NCBI GenBank assembly: GCA_051294375.1
Contig: JBJCIZ010001226.1
Coordinates: 17,641-49,437 of the forward strand
DNA from: Paraspadella gotoi
Lineage: Eukaryota; Animalia; Chaetognatha
DNA length: 31,797 nucleotides
Direction: 5' to 3'
Positions 31,616 through 31,797 of this stretch are shown piece after piece. Both the position numbers and the translations under genes were made by a program. The notes below the pieces were generated by a model. The model saw nothing but the letters and a program-made list of their open reading frames with translations. It did no database searches and was not told the DNA's origin. Positions within the stretch are counted from its first letter, which is position 1, and each line of letters begins with the position of its first letter.

Positions 31616-31797
31616 GTTCGAAAACAATAAATATCAAACGATTCGTTAATTTTCACAAGCTTGCCATGTTAATAAGTTCTTGGGAGTTGTTGATATATAG
31701 AAAGTAACTCCTTCTCTTTGAATTCAAAATACTATTCAGTAATATTGAATCTGCTAGATCTGTATCATAAATCCAAGGATTGACATTGTGGAAATAG

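Overview
AT-rich, repeat-dense eukaryotic DNA, probably from an invertebrate metazoan with short introns of about 40-100 nt. The only clearly intact gene is a 1546-aa Mutator/NOF-like DDE transposase (7936-12576). It is fused to a USP-type (C19) deubiquitinase with an apparently intact triad, a second degenerate USP-like segment and a catalytically dead Ulp1/SENP-like domain. It is flanked by decayed, intron-retaining host gene fragments (PIAS SUMO E3, UBR5 HECT E3, a receptor tyrosine phosphatase and unidentified exons). The top RNA-level finding is a 447-bp, GC-rich, highly structured tandem repeat (18593-19258, with an inverted noisy copy at 25027-25807). Each unit carries a motif that folds by eye as a type-P5 twister ribozyme with a palindromic minimal P1, making it a candidate twister-based retrozyme/circular RNA. 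The window also has Penelope-type minimal hammerheads, a Penelope GIY-YIG remnant, a tRNA-Gly SINE, HINE/DINE-like elements, palindromic MITEs, a telomere-like satellite and a possible LINE remnant. The right third looks indel-noisy, possibly unpolished long-read sequence. All calls are by eye; no searches or folding programs were run.
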